From assembly GCA_963703285.1 (NCBI GenBank), contig OY969807.1:1568001-1632000 (forward strand): a stretch of DNA of 64,000 nt, written 5' to 3'. The notes beneath the pieces are model-generated. The model was given only the letters and a program-made list of their open reading frames with translations. It ran no database searches and was not told the DNA's origin. The stretch is from an uncultured Nitrososphaerota archaeon (GTDB lineage Archaea; Thermoproteota; Nitrososphaeria; Nitrososphaerales; Gagatemarchaeaceae). Below, piece by piece: positions 61,753-64,000 of this stretch (the stretch's first letter is position 1; each line of letters begins with the position of its first letter). A program made the position numbers and the translations under genes.

Positions 61753-63681
61753 ATGAACGTCTCAACATTCACGAAGAAGACCAAGCACGAGATTATCGGC
61801 TTCCTGATCCTGATAGCCTCCCTGCTGGTCTACAGCCGCAAGCCCGCGCTGATTCTCGTCGCTTTCGTTCCCATCGCTCTGGCCGCGCTCCTGATTATGA
61901 GAACGAGAATACTGAAGAAGTTCGCCCGAACCCCGATCAGGCAGGTTCCCTTCGCCGACCTCCTGGAGCCCATCACAGAATACAGACAATCCTCTTCGGG
62001 TAGAAGCGGTCCCGAGATAGTCAGATACGGGAGGCGTGAGATACCTCTCGTCAGACGGATAGACCACTGCTACGTGAACTTTGGCGAATACATCGGGCGA
62101 AAAGGGAACCCTTCCGTGATGGTCTGCGGACGCTCCGGCATGGGCAAGAGCGAGCTGATGAACGTCCTCTTGCTCTCCGCGAAGGAACCGAAGACAGTCT
62201 TCTCATTCAAGTCGAACGATACCTACCTTCGCATGCCGTACCAGGTGATAGATGTCTCCAAGCACATTCCTGACCCATTCCAGGATGCGGATGCGTTCTC
62301 GATAGCCTTCACCTTGGCCTTTCCAGCGAACGTGAGGGGCATCACCTTCTCACAGGTGAGGGCGATTGTCAAGAGTGCGGCACGCGAAAGCAAGAACTGG
62401 GTAGAGTTCAAGGACAACCTCAAGCGCACGGAGAGGAAGGCCACGGACATACAGAAGGAGGCGCTGGCGCTGATAGAGGCTCAGATTGGTGGTCTAGTCA
62501 TCGGGGAGGGTTCCTTTAGCATAGACCTTGCCACGGATACCGTTCTAGATTTCTCTCATCTGGACGAGAGCGCGAAGACGTTCTACGCCGAAATTGCTCT
62601 GAGGCAGATATGGAGTTCGCTGACTGACAGACTTGGCGCCCAAGAGAAGAGAAGGACGCTCATCGTGATAGACGAGGTTCACAGACTCACCCAGCTCTAT
62701 GAGACGGAAGCGAGGACGATAGTTGATACTCTCATGCGGCAGGTCAGACAGTTCGGCGCCCTCTACACGGCCACCCAGAACTACTCGGACATACCGGACG
62801 CACTCAGGAACCAGTTTGCGACGCAGCTTACCTTCAACACCACATCAGAGAGGGATTTGGAGGCGATACGCAAGATAGACTCCGCTTACGTCTGGATAGT
62901 GAAGGAACTTCGCCCGCATCAGTTCATGGACCTCACTTTTCGGGTGGGGAACGGCGGCATAGTCCCAATCTTCAGGGCGGACAGGGTTGAGCTTCCAGAG
63001 CGGCAGACGCAGTATGACAAGCCCGCCAACGTCGCCCTCATCCAGCAGAAGACCATAGACGCCATTGACTATGAGAGCGAGATACTGGCCATACTGAGGA
63101 AGGAACCGCTACACCAGACGGGGATAGACCGCGCCCTCGGCATCGAGAGGGAGGACAGCAGGAGACTAGTCGTGAAGAAGGAGCTGAAGAAGCTGCTCGA
63201 CGGAGACGAGATAGGGCGCATTCGATATCTCGACTCGACCGGAAAGGGGAAGGTTCTGTATTACCTCAGGGACCCGAACCTCTCGCCCATCCACGACTAC
63301 ATGCAGAGGGATGCGGTGAGCATACTCACGGCTAGCGGCGTGCGGGTATCGAGGATGAACGCCACTGGTGACGGGTCAGTTCCAGACATCGAGACGCCAG
63401 AATTTGACATAGAGATAGAGACGGGATTGAAGCACTCAGGAGCAGACTTGCAGGAACGACTCTCCAAGAGCACTAAGAGGGTGATCATCCTGGCACCAAA
63501 CTACGAGGAAGCGGGACGGTATTCGCGCTACGCCTCGGAGAGAGTCAAGGTAGCAACAATGCCCGAGCTGAAGGAAGCTATTGGAGCAGGAGCAGGAGCA
63601 AACGAGAGCCAAGCCGAGCCCCCTCACGCCCCCCTGAAGGAGGGAGGGGAGCCGACCCGTAGGGTCGGGGAGGGAACGTAA
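61753..63681 (+). CDS. Membrane-anchored HerA/VirB4-like ATPase with a C-terminal PD-(D/E)xK-like domain; paralog of 19342..21318
   Basis: Two N-terminal TMs, GRSGMGKS, VIDEVHR, QNYSD..RNQFATQ, PDIET...EIETGLK. Confidence 0.85.
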   Translation: MNVSTFTKKTKHEIIGFLILIASLLVYSRKPALILVAFVPIALAALLIMRTRILKKFARTPIRQVPFADLLEPITEYRQSSSGRSGPEIVRYGRREIPLVRRIDHCYVNFGEYIGRKGNPSVMVCGRSGMGKSELMNVLLLSAKEPKTVFSFKSNDTYLRMPYQVIDVSKHIPDPFQDADAFSIAFTLAFPANVRGITFSQVRAIVKSAARESKNWVEFKDNLKRTERKATDIQKEALALIEAQIGGLVIGEGSFSIDLATDTVLDFSHLDESAKTFYAEIALRQIWSSLTDRLGAQEKRRTLIVIDEVHRLTQLYETEARTIVDTLMRQVRQFGALYTATQNYSDIPDALRNQFATQLTFNTTSERDLEAIRKIDSAYVWIVKELRPHQFMDLTFRVGNGGIVPIFRADRVELPERQTQYDKPANVALIQQKTIDAIDYESEILAILRKEPLHQTGIDRALGIEREDSRRLVVKKELKKLLDGDEIGRIRYLDSTGKGKVLYYLRDPNLSPIHDYMQRDAVSILTASGVRVSRMNATGDGSVPDIETPEFDIEIETGLKHSGADLQERLSKSTKRVIILAPNYEEAGRYSRYASERVKVATMPELKEAIGAGAGANESQAEPPHAPLKEGGEPTRRVGEGT

Positions 63682-63690
63682 GTGCCCTCA

Positions 63691-63842
63691 CCGCTTCGAT
63701 AGTAGAGGGCTCACGGAGCCCGACGTTAGGAGGGCGAACCCCGCAGCTTTAGCGGAGGGTCGAACGAGCGGAGGCGGAAGAGGGGGCAGGGGGTGAATTC
63801 CGCCGTAGCGAGCGAGAGTGAGAACTCTACTATCGAGAGCGG
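63691..63842. repeat. Long imperfect inverted repeat enclosing G-rich hairpins
   Basis: ccgcttcgatagtagag ... ctctactatcgagagcgg. Confidence 0.6.
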
Positions 63843-64000
63843 CTCAGGATCTGTAATCAGAGCTCAATCGGCATTTGGACTTCAGATAAACTGCCATTTG
63901 CTTAAAAGTGGTCACTAATAATCCAAAACTGAATGGCAAGTGATACAGGTGAAGATACTTGGTTGACCGCTAGAGAAATCATAATTGGAGTCGGATTTCT

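Larger units (their letters stand above)
59354..64000. mobile_element. Integrative element at tRNA-Leu(CAG); right end outside the window
   Basis: Integrase starts 10 nt after the tRNA; followed by TOPRIM-like and ATPase genes. Confidence 0.75.

Overview
Archaeal DNA, most likely TACK and inferred to be a high-GC Nitrososphaerota-type lineage. This rests on the 16S sequence, a 16S-23S spacer without tRNA-Ala, no linked 5S, multi-intron tRNAs, aRF1, Alba and RPA. The window has four parts. (1) 1-23.8 kb is an array of about 20 accessory gene units: toxin-antitoxin pairs, methyltransferases, a DHFR-like protein, Schlafen/AlbA, PIN, nuclease-like and membrane proteins, and an ATPase mini-element. 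I count 19 co-oriented degenerate copies of a ~30-75 bp repeat separating them (core GGGTTCATTGCGCCTCCGCCGGGG). The repeat is a copy of the 3' strand of the bulge-helix-bulge (BHB) processing stem of the adjacent 23S rRNA gene (native copy 23802-23860). This looks like an integron-like cassette array anchored on the pre-rRNA processing site. (2) 23.8-30.8 kb is a minus-strand 16S-23S operon. Its 23S has two group I introns (L2500, L1931) and one BHB intron encoding a LAGLIDADG endonuclease; the L2500 intron carries an antisense membrane-protein ORF. (3) 30.8-59.3 kb is housekeeping genes (korAB, cysS, pyrH, intein-containing aRF1, ychF, queE/queC, valS, dinB, alba, RPA) and six tRNAs, five of them with introns. 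(4) 59.3-64 kb is an integrative element at tRNA-Leu(CAG) with a tyrosine integrase, a TOPRIM-like protein and an ATPase paralogous to the one in the array. Coordinates were counted by eye; repeat and rRNA ends are approximate.
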